Notes: generated by a model from the letters alone, not told the origin. DNA of 64,000 nt from Lepidodermella squamata (GCA_047495785.1 JBLDXI010000038.1:744001-808000), one strand, 5' to 3'. Shown: positions 51,617 through 64,000, counted from the first letter of the stretch. Program-made: numbers and translations.

Positions 51617-52066
51617 ATGGAACTCAATGTGCCTCAGCCCATTTCTAAATCAGTCTCACCCAGCATACCGAGCCATATTTTTCGAGCTCTACCGTCGTCC
51701 ATGGGCCGCAATGGCAAGCCGTTGTACTACTATCAGTTCGGCCTGTGCGATTGCAAATACAGCTCGAGCAACTGCTGCTTGTCATTTCTAGCTCCTTGCA
51801 TAATGTCGTGCAAAATTTCGCAACGCCTCGGTGAGGAAGCTTGTTATCCGTGGTTATTTGGCGCTCTGCCATTAGCAACTCGCTTTCGAACCATTGTCGG
51901 AATTAAAGAGACAATGTGCATGGAGGGATTGACTTACACGTTTTGCTCATGGTAATTTCATCGGAAATTTTCATTCTCAAAATATATGGGCTACATTTTT
52001 AGTTGCTTCCTCATGCGACTGGCAAACGAAATGGATGAGCGCGGATTTTTTATTGAGCGCGCTTGA
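51617..52066 (+). CDS. PLAC8/cornifelin-family Cys-rich protein; exons 51617-51951, 52003-52066
   Basis: GLCDC....NCCLSFLAPCIMSCKISQRLGEEAC, RFRTIVGIKETMC, FCSCCFLMRLANEM after removal of a 51-nt intron. Confidence 0.82.
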
Positions 52067-52409
52067 AACAACGAAAATGTGTTCAGACCGGGTCCGCAAC
52101 TATAATGTAATTTTCCAAAAAAGATGCCAGTATACTAGTCCGAAATATGTGAATATTAGAAGCAAAATAAAATTAAAACTCCGAAAATATGAAGGTAAAC
52201 ATGCGGTTGTACTTTTTTTTTACAAAATTATAGAGCGTAAACAGTGTTGTTGTTTCTGCGAGTGTCTGACGAGTCGAAGTGTGTGAGTCACCGATGGGTA
52301 AAATGTCGCGACATGTGTGCCAACTTGTGCGCGCGCCGATCAAACGCGCACGCAATTCAACCGCAATTTATATTGAGATGAACTAATCATCAAACGGGAA
52401 ATCGTAAAA

Positions 52410-54124
52410 ATGACAAAGCTAGCAAGAATATTCTCTTTTATAAAAATTACGATTATTCTATTGTTCTTGGCGGCGAGGACCAGTGGCCAATTCTCGGATA
52501 AGGTTGATTTACACCAATTGTTGCATCTGTTTTTTGACATTTAAATTTCATTATTATAGGGTCCACCTGGTGATCCAGGTTAGTAACAGCAATTTGAAGT
52601 GTGGAAAAGGCAAAATTTTGAACTTTTTCAGGATACCCAGGAAGCCCCGGATCTGCTGGTGGACCAGGCGTACCAGGCTCGTACGGCGATAGGGGTGACA
52701 GGGGCGAGTCTGGCAAAGGTCAGCGAGGAGGTAGGATAAAGAGCAGGTCCTTTCTTTTTTTATCCAACTCAACTTTTTCTGTAAACAGATCAAGGCGACA
52801 TAGGCGATCCAGGACCACCTGGGCCACCAGCGCCCCGAACCAAAGGTCAAAAAGGGGAGAAGGGCGTGAGGTAATTAGTTTAAAAAAAAAGTTAAATATA
52901 AAGAAATAACACATTATTTTCAAAAATTCAGTTCCCGCCCATATTACGATCCAGATCTTCCGCCTCCTTTATTCACCGGCCTACCCGGTTCAATTTACGA
53001 TCCTAATCTGCCACCTCCCATTCTGACGAACAGAGGCCCATCGCCTGGCCATGCTGTCGCTGACGGCACAAAGAAGTTTAATGCATCAGGTAAAATTTCA
53101 ATATTTTTGTCATAATTTAGAACTTTGGGTTTTAGATGCGAAATTTAAAAAATTGGATTTGAAAAACATTCCAGGTACGCATTAATTTAATCGCACCCTT
53201 TTCCAGTATTATTTCCGTGAATTAGTTACTAGGTGCGATGCTAACAATGGCGGATGCGAACAGGGCTGTATTGATTATCCGACAGGTGCGAATTGCACAT
53301 GCCGCGAAGGCTATCACCTGGACATGCGCGACTTCAAATCGTGCGCTGACATCGACGAGTGCGGCCTGCAGAACGGTGGCTGCCAGCAAAAGTGTTCAAA
53401 CACAGTCGGCACTTTCTTCTGCTCGTGCAACGCCGGCTTTTCACTCAGCATCGACCGGCGCCGCTGCATAGAAGACGACGACTGTTCGGGCGATGCGAAT
53501 CCGTGCGGAAGTGGCTTTTTATGCATCAAAACGGCAGGGCCAAAACAGTGCCTACCCTCGAACTCTTTCATTGCGTACAAACCGGCTGTTCCGGTGTTGG
53601 CTCGTGGCGATAACAACAACCCCGTAACTCATACTACACCGGTTTACAACCTCACAGGTAACAAATTTGGCCCGAAAATTGTTCGAGTAAATAGAATTTT
53701 TATTTCGTAAGCCGGCCCGACATACACGGCTAGGCAAACCGATCCTAGCACTTGGCCACCGACTCAGCCCCCGACTTTTCCTCAATCGTCGCAATCAACA
53801 AGTAGTAAGACCGGGCCAGCTAGTTCAGCTTCTTCGGCGCAAACAGCGGCGACTACGGCGTCACCTGCCGTGCCTGTTGCTAATGCGACACCTGTCGACT
53901 CGTTTGACCTTCGAACGCGCACAGTCATAATATTGCTCATCATTTGGCTGGTTGTGCTGACCGTCGTGACGGCAGCTTTGGCAGGCGCTGCTGTGATGGG
54001 CCTTCGGGCAATGCAAAACGACCTCGATGATGCGCAGTCAATGATGATACCTGGCTCTAGCGGCGGCATGCCTCAGCCGCTGACGATACCTCGCATTGTT
54101 GAGACTGATTCAATAAGGGGCTAA
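52410..54124 (+). CDS. Type I membrane protein: signal peptide, short collagen, Pro-rich repeats, 3 EGF, S/T stalk, TM; exons 52410-52502, 52560-52578, 52632-52730, 52789-52870, 52932-53089, 53136-53174, 53226-53657, 53712-54124
   Basis: Gly-X-Y runs (GPPGDPGYPGSPG...GQKGEKG); EGF repeats [12 protein letters not shown]... and [16 protein letters not shown] (Ca-binding type); [29 protein letters not shown]. Seven GT-AG introns of 46-61 nt keep the frame. Confidence 0.75.
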
Positions 54125-54387
54125 TAATATCAATGACTAATCAATCGTTTCATCTTTTATGTCAGCAATAATAAATGCTTACTACGACATATTTCAACGA
54201 ATTTATTTTTCATTATTTGCTGATTTCGGCATGATCATTGTTCAAGACATCTGATGTCTCAAATAAAGAGTGACCGGCGACCGCAGTTCGAAATGAATGA
54301 ATGTCTTTCGGATAAAATAAGCATCGCCATTTTCATTTCTAATTCAGTTTTATTTTATTCGGTCTAAGCTGCGTTATTAATATAAGT

Positions 54388-57300
54388 TCATCGCACTAGC
54401 AAACAAACGAAGGCTATGAAATCGATTAAAGTAGGAAATAGCCTAAGAGTTACCATTTCTCCACTATTTTTGCTACAGTTTATGCAAATGGTCAAGTTTG
54501 CTGAAGCCGATTTTGCGGGTGCACAAATTGGTGCCTTATTACTCCACGCCATTGTCTCCAAACTCGTTCCGGAGCAGGTCGAAGAGGACGCGCCGATCAA
54601 TTCGTAACCTGGATTGCAGTAGTAGTTGAGGACAGATCCTAGCAGCGCGCCATTTGACGCCTCGGCAAGGCCATTGATGATCAAATCACTAGGATAAGCG
54701 CACATCAGTAGGGCACATTTCGGAACGGGTGAATCCCAGTTCAACGAGCCGTTAGAATTTATCGAACAGCGAACCAAGTTATTACCCTTCAAGCCATAAC
54801 CAGAGTTGCATCCAAACGTGAAAGCATAGCCTGCTCTGCTAGAATCATCAAACTCTGCAGATATGAACCCGTTCGGAATAGAAGAATTATCAATGGCTGG
54901 CTTGCATCGCTGTTTAACACATCGTGGGAAAGGTTCGCTGCCCCAGGTCATCAAATCAGGATGAGATCCCGAGCAAATTAAGGTGGAATTAGTTCCATTA
55001 GCAATCTCGAAGCCAGGATCACAGAAAACTTTGACGGCAGTGTTTACAGTGAAATTTCGGCTAGTAAAAATATATTGCCCATTTTCGAGATTCGGAAGCT
55101 GAGGACATTCTAAGGGCTCGCAAGTCGGAATTGACGCACTCCAACCAACATCGGTAAAGTCATTCCCAGAGCAGGTTACCAGTGACCGGCCGTTCAACCA
55201 GTAACCTTCCGGGCAAGAGAATAAGGCAATCGAACCTGGTCTGTGGCCATTCGTTGTCCTTAACCTCAAATTAGAATCAGAAGTGTAGATACTAGGGCAG
55301 GTCAATAAAGCACAATCAGGCATAGGATCAGACCATCTCATTCCAAGAGAATCGTTCCCCTGGCAGATAATTTGGCTAGATCCATTCAACGCATAGCCCG
55401 GATCACAGTGAACTTCGACGACTGATCCGATAAGAATTCCATCAGAAAAAGTTGCATAGCCATGCCGAGGTTTGCCAATATCCTTGCATCTCAAAACTAC
55501 TTGCTCAGCAATACTAACAGTCTCTTCAAAGAACAGCTGATCTGCGAGAGTTTGATTCGCAAACGCTAGGTTTCCTTCCGTTGTCACGTAATCAAACAAG
55601 CAAGGCGCGTTATCGCCACAAATAAGTTTAGCCTCCTTTGGTAAATTTACCATATCCGGGATACCGAAATTTGGTTTGAAGTTTGGTTTGACGAAGGTCG
55701 AATAAGAAGATCCGAGCGGGTAGTAGAACAACGATTCAGCATCTTTAGTCATCCATCTCATGCCGAATTTTGAGTGTATCGTAGAGATGTTAGCATTTGT
55801 TGGAATGATGGCTCCATTCGGTGATCTCAGGTCGTTGTCAGGATTCCCATCGAAATTCCCCAACAAACCACGGAAAACTCCTCGATTTGAATCGGTAGAC
55901 GAAGCGGTGACACTCATTGCATCATGGGCTGTTTGAAAGCTGAAAGTAACTCCCGAGGAAAGGGATACGCTAATCACAGATAAGTCGTCTGCAACGGCTG
56001 TTATAGTGACCTCTCGATTAAAAGTCTGACTCTGAAGACCTGGCTCGTCGAAAAATATCTGATGTCCATCAACGACTACTTCAGCGCTGTGCTCAGTCGA
56101 TTTTTCAACTTGAATGCGAGTTTTACCGTGCCTCAGAGCAAATGCAGTGAAGACTGACGCTTGAGTCGTACCAAACTGCTCCATTCGCGCTTGAACTGAA
56201 AATGATCCCCCTGAACCATCATCAACCAGCAAGTACTCTCCGACACCATTGAAGGTGTATTGAAGACCGTCAAATGTTGTTATATGAGGATCGCCATTTG
56301 CTTGAGACGGTCTAGGAGAAATGTATCCATCACAGTTCTGAGACGGCCTTTTATCATAGTATTTGAAGCAGAATTGACTCGACAACTTGCAGTATAAGAA
56401 CCAAGGTAAAATATCATAGTAGTAATGAAAAGCCGGGCTTATGTCAGGATTAATGTAATTGGCCGTGCCTCCTGAGTTCGGTCCGACTAATAAATTCCCA
56501 TTTTCAGCATAAACGCATTGCTGGCCGGCTTTCGACCACCTAATAGGTTGAACATTTCGGTACGACGAAACACCGCCAGCGTGGAAGAAGTCGATAGATG
56601 CTGATTTTTCCGCATCCTTCTTGAAGCGACCATCAATTCCAGCTTGTGCTTCGGTACAGGGGCACGGCACAAGGTCCTTTGTTGTAAAGGTCGTTATTTC
56701 GAACTGATTTGAGACAGGTTGAATTCCGATCAGAAACGTAGCTGGAACATAAGCAGTGAACAGTCTTATCCCGATTTGAAGTGGAGAGATAGGTCCGACT
56801 TTGGCGGAAGTAGTCGGACTCACAGCCATGGTTACAAATGACAAGGATAACTGGCTAGAAGTCAAATTGTTAGCAAGAAGACTCTCCGAAAATTGGACAA
56901 CAGCGGTACCCACGTTTGGAAGCTGCTTCGCCAATGTAGCAATATCTTCAAACTCCTTTCGAGTAGGGTTGAACCACGCTAAAATGACATCGACCAAGGT
57001 CACATTAGCAATCACTTGGGAGAAAGAGTCCCAACTCAAATCGATGATTGTAACATTTTCCCGAATTTCCTCCTCGCTGAAAACTTGTTCCATGAGACTG
57101 GTGTTGTAGAATTCCTCCTGAATATCACTTTCAACGATTCCCTCTCGATAATCTTGCTGGTCGACTGGGATATCAGGCGCTGCTGTCGTCGTGGTTGAAG
57201 TTGTAGAAGTCGATGAAGTTGTCGTGATGACAGAGCGTATTATCGAAATGTTTTTGGCTTCGGCTTGAGGCGCCAGAGCTGCAACCGAAAGATACGCTTG

Positions 57301-58341
57301 GTATATTTTAATTCTCCGATTTTCCAGCTCAATACTAATATTGACATCGATTCGTCCCAGTTCATAGAAATACGGTGTGATGCAGTAGATAGTTGGCACA
57401 CCCCCCTGAGCTGGTTGGGAATAAATGCCAGAAACGCGCAGCCAACCTTTTTCACTATCGTGGAATGAACAATTTATACCGCGCTGAGTTTCTGGGAAAC
57501 ATGGCCCGGTAAATGCGACTGGGTAATGCCCCATAACGTCGACAAAAGGTGGTGTAACTTTCAATTTACGAAGGCCATTTTCATAGATAGAATCATCGCA
57601 ATTTGCAATGGCTGTTATGTTGGAGCTATCGACTCGAAATACAAACTTCCCAGAATCACCCATGTTCGTACGATCGATCAAATTTATGGCGTCAGTCGAG
57701 CAGGACTCGTTTAGTTTCATGAAATTGACGCCATCCCCGGCATCAAATCCAGTTTTCGCACAACCGCCATTCCCATTCGCCCAGTCGAGTTTGTTGAAGT
57801 AGATAATCGCGAATGACATGACCCCATCAGTCGTTAAAACTAGTTGAAATGTGTTTTTCTTATATCTTGGACCTCGATACGATGAAACATTTAGCCATGT
57901 GCTGATTAAAATCCATTTCAAATTAATTCCGTACAATTTGGAGTATTTCTTGACCACATCATACGCAGCTTTTTGAAGCAAAGTTTTATCAGTCGCTTGC
58001 CGGTAATACAAAGTTCCGCCATTCCTGGTGTCAGCATCGGTCCAATAGGCAGCAATCATGCGGGAGTCTGACGTCATTTGCCCGCATATCGGGTTGAATG
58101 CCGTTAATGCCTGGCCGAACGAAATGTATCCATTGTTGTTGATCCAAAGGCGAGTTTCTTGTTTTTCCCCAAATGGGTAAACAAAAGGCGACAGATTAAT
58201 TTCTTCGGTCGAGCCGTCATCTGTTACTGGCAACATGCTGTCACCCTGAGTTGGCCCGAAAGGGTAGAAATCAACCAAAGATACCGCAGATAGTGCGGTG
58301 TGGCAATAAAAAATGATTAGCGTAGATTTAAATATTATCAT
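54388..58341 (-). CDS. SUSD2: SUSD2/Mesh-like protein: NIDO, IPT-like, AMOP, VWD, about 5 sushi/CCP, hydrophobic C-terminus; intronless 1317 aa
   Basis: FYPFG and NTFQLVLTTDG (NIDO); PCPCTEAQA..D.RF and GQQCVY (AMOP); GDPHITTFDGLQYTFNGVGEY and GLLGNFDG (VWD); repeated CCP modules. Confidence 0.85.
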   Translation of the reverse strand: MIIFKSTLIIFYCHTALSAVSLVDFYPFGPTQGDSMLPVTDDGSTEEINLSPFVYPFGEKQETRLWINNNGYISFGQALTAFNPICGQMTSDSRMIAAYWTDADTRNGGTLYYRQATDKTLLQKAAYDVVKKYSKLYGINLKWILISTWLNVSSYRGPRYKKNTFQLVLTTDGVMSFAIIYFNKLDWANGNGGCAKTGFDAGDGVNFMKLNESCSTDAINLIDRTNMGDSGKFVFRVDSSNITAIANCDDSIYENGLRKLKVTPPFVDVMGHYPVAFTGPCFPETQRGINCSFHDSEKGWLRVSGIYSQPAQGGVPTIYCITPYFYELGRIDVNISIELENRRIKIYQAYLSVAALAPQAEAKNISIIRSVITTTSSTSTTSTTTTAAPDIPVDQQDYREGIVESDIQEEFYNTSLMEQVFSEEEIRENVTIIDLSWDSFSQVIANVTLVDVILAWFNPTRKEFEDIATLAKQLPNVGTAVVQFSESLLANNLTSSQLSLSFVTMAVSPTTSAKVGPISPLQIGIRLFTAYVPATFLIGIQPVSNQFEITTFTTKDLVPCPCTEAQAGIDGRFKKDAEKSASIDFFHAGGVSSYRNVQPIRWSKAGQQCVYAENGNLLVGPNSGGTANYINPDISPAFHYYYDILPWFLYCKLSSQFCFKYYDKRPSQNCDGYISPRPSQANGDPHITTFDGLQYTFNGVGEYLLVDDGSGGSFSVQARMEQFGTTQASVFTAFALRHGKTRIQVEKSTEHSAEVVVDGHQIFFDEPGLQSQTFNREVTITAVADDLSVISVSLSSGVTFSFQTAHDAMSVTASSTDSNRGVFRGLLGNFDGNPDNDLRSPNGAIIPTNANISTIHSKFGMRWMTKDAESLFYYPLGSSYSTFVKPNFKPNFGIPDMVNLPKEAKLICGDNAPCLFDYVTTEGNLAFANQTLADQLFFEETVSIAEQVVLRCKDIGKPRHGYATFSDGILIGSVVEVHCDPGYALNGSSQIICQGNDSLGMRWSDPMPDCALLTCPSIYTSDSNLRLRTTNGHRPGSIALFSCPEGYWLNGRSLVTCSGNDFTDVGWSASIPTCEPLECPQLPNLENGQYIFTSRNFTVNTAVKVFCDPGFEIANGTNSTLICSGSHPDLMTWGSEPFPRCVKQRCKPAIDNSSIPNGFISAEFDDSSRAGYAFTFGCNSGYGLKGNNLVRCSINSNGSLNWDSPVPKCALLMCAYPSDLIINGLAEASNGALLGSVLNYYCNPGYELIGASSSTCSGTSLETMAWSNKAPICAPAKSASANLTICINCSKNSGEMVTLRLFPTLIDFIAFVCLLVR

Positions 58342-60642
58342 TTTCTATACCGGCTTTTACGCTGGAGTATGTGCCGAAAATAATATCTAGAAAATATTTT
58401 GAAGTAAAACAGCCCACTTGCACTTCCGCACGGCTGTTTGCTCAGAAAATTGACTTCCGGTCTTTCTTGAATCAAATCAAGCCGGCACCGTCTGTGACAA
58501 GAGTGTTAGTTCCGGTTAAGGAATAAAAATCACTCATTTCCGAATTGGGAAATTTTACAATTTTTAGATCGAGAGTAAACTACTTTATTAAAGTCTCATA
58601 CCAGAGCCCTGCTTAGGGCTATTCAACTTATAAGAGCTCCCACTTCATCAAGGAATGTGGGACTCTTGTGCCTAAGATCACTGAGTTTGCTAATTCTTTA
58701 TCATGAGAGCTAACAAGCGTTTGGAAATTTCGAATTCATAGCAAAAAAAAGTACCATCATAACAAAATTACAGAAAGGCAAGAAAGGCTTATAAGGGTTT
58801 ACTGCTCGACGTTCCGAAATCATTCAAGATTTCATCATCAGGAGACATTAGTATGAATGTAAACAGAGTTTTTCAGAAAATATGAATTGCATGTTTCCAA
58901 AGATGAATTTCAGCAACGAACTGGAACTAGACCTGCAAGATCGGCGAGTCATTTTCAGCGTCAACAAAAGCTAGATAACCAGAATAGCGCCGGTCATATT
59001 TAAAGGCAACGCTTCGAACAGACATAACAGATAACTTGACCTAGCCGACTCGCTCGCAAACATCGTTGAATCCATCGAATTGAAGGGGAAATGGGTTTTC
59101 GAAAAGTGTCAGATCTTATCAGCTGCACCAAAATCATGCCGTGATACTTCAAAAGCTCAATAGATACGTACCTTGCAATTCTTCTGGAAACGAAGGTTGT
59201 CCTGTTTCCCTCGTTTACGATGATCAGTCTTCGATGACAAAATTACAACTTCAGTCTACGCCCAAGATCAATGCAATTATAACAGCTGCTAGAATTAGCA
59301 TCTCTTTGCACAAGAATGTTACGTTGATCCTCCTGTTGCTCTTAGCAATTATAGCAATTAGCATGTCCTTCTAGCAATCCTGGGGTCCATTTAGACTTTA
59401 GACACTTGAGATGCATCCCTGCAGGTGGGAGATTTTACGAGAAGAAGCTTAGCTGAATGAAAAGATCCGCGTAACTCCACGCTTCTGGCTGTTATAATTG
59501 CACTGATGAGACAAGAGCCAATGATGGTGATCAGCACGAAAATGTCTGCGGTCAAAGTTAGCAATAAAATTTATTTTAAGCTTTAAGATTACGTTAAAAC
59601 AAAACATTGTTAACAAAAATAATATAAAAAATGAAAAAGGTCAATAGTTTTTTCAAATGTTGGCGGGGTACTTTTGAACGAAGGCTACCGCGTCCCGATT
59701 CGCGTTGCAGAACTTTTCGCTCTTATGTGGTTGTTAACCTCTTATCTTATTACTGCGCGGAAATATTCGGTCACGGCCTGCGCAGGTCACGCATAAACGC
59801 CCAAAGTAGGTACACTTTTGCCAATTTTCTACTATTCTGCGTAGACCTTATTATATAGGGGGCTGACGGTGTGCCTTTTTTCCTCTTCCCTGGCCATTTC
59901 CCTTTTCGCCGCTGTCCTTTCCCAACCCTCTCTTCATTCTTCGGGAGGGCACGACCGTGCCCCCACAATCTTAACTGCTGACCCAGTTTGGCAAGACAGC
60001 CTCTTGTTAACGTCTTCCTCCTCAATACTCTCTAAACTACATTCGGCTTTCCTCTTCCCTTTGCCCATTCCACTGGAGGGCAGACAGGGCTTGCAAAATT
60101 TGCGAGTTATTTCCTCGCTAAAATGCGCGATATCTTGTTGGTTTTCTTTCATTTTATGATGTGTTTATCAACAATTATCCTGAAGTGATCAGTTGAAAAA
60201 TTCTCCGGAATGCCTTTTATTCCTGCGATTGCGAGTAAAGTTGATCGCCGCAGCGCCAATCACTGCTTTGAATCTTTGACGTTGTTAGTATATCTCGTTT
60301 TATTTCATTGGACCTGATGCGGCATCTAAGGAATAGGGTATTAGATGCTTCATACTTTCGGCTGAGCTAGGGACGTTTTCATTCGCTCCTTTCTCGTTAC
60401 TCCCTAATTGCAGTCTCAAACAACTGCAATCGAATTTATGTTTGTTTTTATTTTATATTAGTATCGGTCGTGACATGCTTTACCCCTGCCTTCTCGAACT
60501 ACGACTTCAAACCGTAATTTGGAATTTCAATCGGGTGTCATAAGATTTTGCCAAGATTCCTTCTATTTATTCATTATTGATGCCATCTGTTAGGTGTTTA
60601 ACGATGTAAAATTCGAGCTAATTTGTATGCCACGGCCGTGAT

Positions 60643-61912
60643 ATGGCTTTCTTTACGAGAGTCTTCATAATGGTCCTGACGGACGTATTCTTCGGGGCAG
60701 TTGCTGATACGCGGAGTGACCGTGCGGGTAACTTTGTTATTTTTTTAGTAATAAGATATACATATGCTAAATCACTGCAGTGTACTTTCATTAGCAAATT
60801 GTTTAAGTCAATGTTCAGGTCATTCTAATTCGTTATTATTTGCAGAAATACTTGCCGATCCAAGTTTTGGAACTGGTGTCGTCTACGCTGGTGAAGGCTC
60901 CGCGTCTACTTTGGCTTGGCGTTACCATGTACCCATGGTCAGCGAGTTGACTGAAATCAGTGTTACGCACAACGAGCGACACGCTGTTCGTTTTTTTCGC
61001 ATAAGGTCAGTGCCTGCCGTATGATAGTTTCCGTAATTAACTCACGAATTTACTTTTCAAAGTTCATCTCCTCAGCAAATCACCAATATAACCGCTGTCT
61101 ATCCTCCGTTTCCAAGTGATGTATTCTTGAATGATTTGGAAAACATGGTAATTTATAAGCAGGCAACTTCTATGGGTGATGTTAAATTTCACTTTTTCAA
61201 TGAATAGACTGTTGGCTTGCGATTTCAAAACATGACGAAGTCTTTGTCTGGCAATTGGACTTTGAGCATCGTGTACTCAAACATTGCTGCACCCGCAGCC
61301 CGAAGCTCCATCGTTCTTTATGTCGCTTGTAAGTATCGTTTTATTTATAATAGAATCTTCTTCGTTCGAATTCGGAATTTTTTTTAATTACATGATAATT
61401 AGATTGCTTACTCGAGCCTATTAGTCAATTTTACGTTTTGCAAGAAATAGAAAATGTTGCAAGAAATTTTTTAATTATCTTCATCTTCATCTGAATAATT
61501 ATATTTATTTTCCTCTTCTCTGTAAGACGACACCAACACCAAGCAAAGAAATTGATCAAGTAAATAAAGTTTTTTTTTTTATTTATTTCAGCTAGCCCAA
61601 ACAACGTCCGTGTGCAGCCATCTTATCGATATCCTCTTATACGCAGCCAGCTTGAAATTCAATGCCTAGCAACAAGTGACAGCCCAGCAAACTTAGCCAA
61701 ATTCGCCAAGCCTATCGTATTTCGGTGGTTTCATAATGGAATGACGCTGAGCGACAGCCTTATACCAGCTCCGGAGCCTTTAAATGGTCAGACGTGGTCT
61801 TCCAAACTCACGATTCCAAGTGTAGGAGAAGCCCATGCCGGAGGGTACGCGTGCAAGGCTGAAGAAGCGGGAATGTCGACGATGTCGCCTACCGTTAGAG
61901 TCAACGTTATCG
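60643..61912 (+). CDS. Immunoglobulin-superfamily cell-surface protein, 5' exons only (60643-60727, 60846-61005, 61063-61147, 61208-61328, 61592-61912); remainder not found in window
   Basis: Signal-like N-terminus; V-like domain (GSASTLAWRY...LRFQNMTKSLSGNWTL); Ig domain IQCLA...FRWFHNG...LTIPSVGEAHAGGYACKA. Phase-1 introns fall at domain borders. Confidence 0.75.
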
Positions 61913-64000
61913 GTTAGTCATTGCATTTTGTTTTCTGTCTAAGTAGCGTTGTTTTCATTTGTGCCTCGCGAGCCAGGCCGTTTGCGTATAACCCACGATA
62001 GCATTGTTATTTATTACCTTGTTTTATAACCTCATCGATTATAAACAGACACTAACTCGGGTAAAGCATAATTAACAAGGAGGGCTTTCACTTTCATATC
62101 TCAACGCGTGTATTTGTTTGGCTGATATTCACGATTCGTCATTTCAGCGGGCTAATTTTCTCCTACACAAACATGATCAGAGCCTTGTGTGTAAGATAGC
62201 GGAAGAAGATACCGCCGAGAGGCCTAACCACGGCATACGCGTGCCATTGGTGAACATGTTCGCCCCTGGCCACGCGTCAGGTTAACCAGCCGTATCTAAA
62301 TACTGACTACAAGCGCGAAATAAGATACAAAATTGTAGTTATAATATGCAGGCGGCTAACAATAACGCTCGCACGAACCTTGCCGGTTTCAGCAACGTCG
62401 AAAACAAAGAAAATCAACAGTAACGCAATTATGATGATAATGATGATAGACACGGCGGTTCGTTCTTTCTGCTCATATTTGGCGCTTAGCAGCGTCTATG
62501 GCTACGGCGCCAGAAAAAGCTATCCGATAGGATGAGAGGCTTGGCTGCGTTTGCTTGTGAATATATAATCATTTTTAGTCCCCAACGATTTGTTGTTGTT
62601 TGTTTGTTACGAGAACCGTTGCTCGAGGCCAAATGGATTAAGCACCCTCGCTAGTCAGCAAGTACCTATGCGGATGTAAGAATTAAATGAGGCTACGCCG
62701 CTGATTTCAATCGGAATCTTTGGCATGGGCTCATGCGCTTAGAGGTGGAATTATTATGCATCATTAGCTTCAATGGCCGAATGCCTACCGGCGTGTTTAT
62801 TTCGTTAATATTGCTGCTTAGCAGTCATCGGACGTTATCGATCGTCGGAAATGATTCGATTTGAAATGCCTGCTTAAGCCGATTCTTATGTTTCTTGAAC
62901 AGCTGTGCTAATACATTATTATTGTCCGCAGCCCTTGCAAAGCTTTGCACCGCTTGCTGTTTGTTTTTTCCAAATTCCAAAACAGTGCAAAATAGTTTGC
63001 GTATCACGCGCGGTGTGGAAAGTGCCGCCGGCGGCAAAAACACAACCGCTGTTACGCGCGCGCGGTGTGTTTTCTCGCCTGGCCGGCTATTTGTGTCCGG
63101 CGCCGTGATCACCGGTCACACCGCTTCTATCGCCCACCTGCGAGCCCATCCCCCGCCACCGGTGTCAGTAAATCGCATGCATTTTTAATGGCAGCTGTCT
63201 CAATTCTCGCCGGCCGGCGACACATGCGCGTATTCGGCTACCAATTTCACACCCTCTCGTGTTTAATTTTGTCTTATGCCGAGCTGCCTGTTGCATGATT
63301 AATGCCGGCCGCATTAGTCGACGGGCCGCACCTCCGGCTGGGCGAGAGAGCCCACTAAGCGGGGCATTAATGAAGTCGCTGCAGCCGCTGCTGGCCGTGA
63401 GTTGCCTCTTTCACCTCAACTGCTGCATTATTCATGGCCTAGGATGTGAAACAGTTGACTAGCGTCGCTTGGATGCTCCACGCACTGGCCTGGGTCGCTG
63501 TCGATGCGCGGCCTCGCTCGGCACTTAGGCGGCGTGTCGTCTGCTGCTAATAGTAAACATTCCGCGTTATTGGTGTTACGTTGTAAACAAACCTGGCCAA
63601 CTTGCCGCTGTAATAACAATGATAAATAATATACAACTGCAAGTAGTGGCTATTGCAAGGCACTGTGGCGCTTTGCTTTTTGCATCGCCGTCGCTGATGA
63701 TTGTGATGGGCCAACTGAGCAGTGGCCTCGAGGTGCGCATGTCGCCAGCGAGAAAGTAACAACAATGAGCCCCGGATTTAGCGCTGTCTTCATTACACAC
63801 TCGCATGTGAGCTGAAGATTTCAGCCAGTCGATACGAGAACATCATAGCCAGGTAATGCGCCACACTGCGCCATGCGCCGCAGAGCACCTACGTGTCCCG
63901 TATGCGAACGAACTGAAGGGCCGAAGAACGGACGAACACGAGAGCGTGTGGCACCGTAAGCAAATTTACTAAAGGCGAGATCGAGCTGCTGACGAGCTGG

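Noticed and set aside
58600-60160. Coding-looking fragments, including 59141-59374 (+, hydrophobic tail) and 59934-60152 (-)
   Set aside because: Frequent stops, no consistent exon chain and no recognisable family; may be a decayed gene or TE but cannot be supported.

Overview
Eukaryotic (animal) genomic DNA from a compact invertebrate genome: about 25 protein-coding genes, mostly AT-rich GT-AG introns of about 46-66 nt, and some very short intergenic gaps. The species cannot be identified from the sequence. Gene content in order: 3' part of an AAK1/BMP2K kinase; six tandem GT92/DUF23 glycosyltransferases (a seventh at 43-44.4 kb); a small membrane orphan; two catalytically dead trypsin-like proteins flanking a nest of hairpin-terminated non-autonomous DNA elements; a mucin-like PPxY membrane protein; an atypical globin; an intronless Cys-loop ion channel fused to two LamG/ConA-like domains; a decayed RLE-type non-LTR retrotransposon end; two acyl-CoA synthetases; a ceramide synthase; two Ly6/three-finger genes (one not represented in the ORF track); a PLAC8 protein; a collagen-EGF-TM protein; a SUSD2/Mesh-like protein; and the 5' part of an Ig-domain gene. 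The strongest novelty candidates are (1) the LamG-LamG-Cys-loop receptor, (2) the nested elements with GNA-triloop/GA-mismatch hairpins, (3) the globin with a large CP-motif insertion, and (4) operon-like packing of GT92 genes plus a possible ACSL-CERS-GT92 lipid/glycolipid cluster. All exon structures were built by hand from the sequence and all family calls rest on recalled motifs; no database searches were run.
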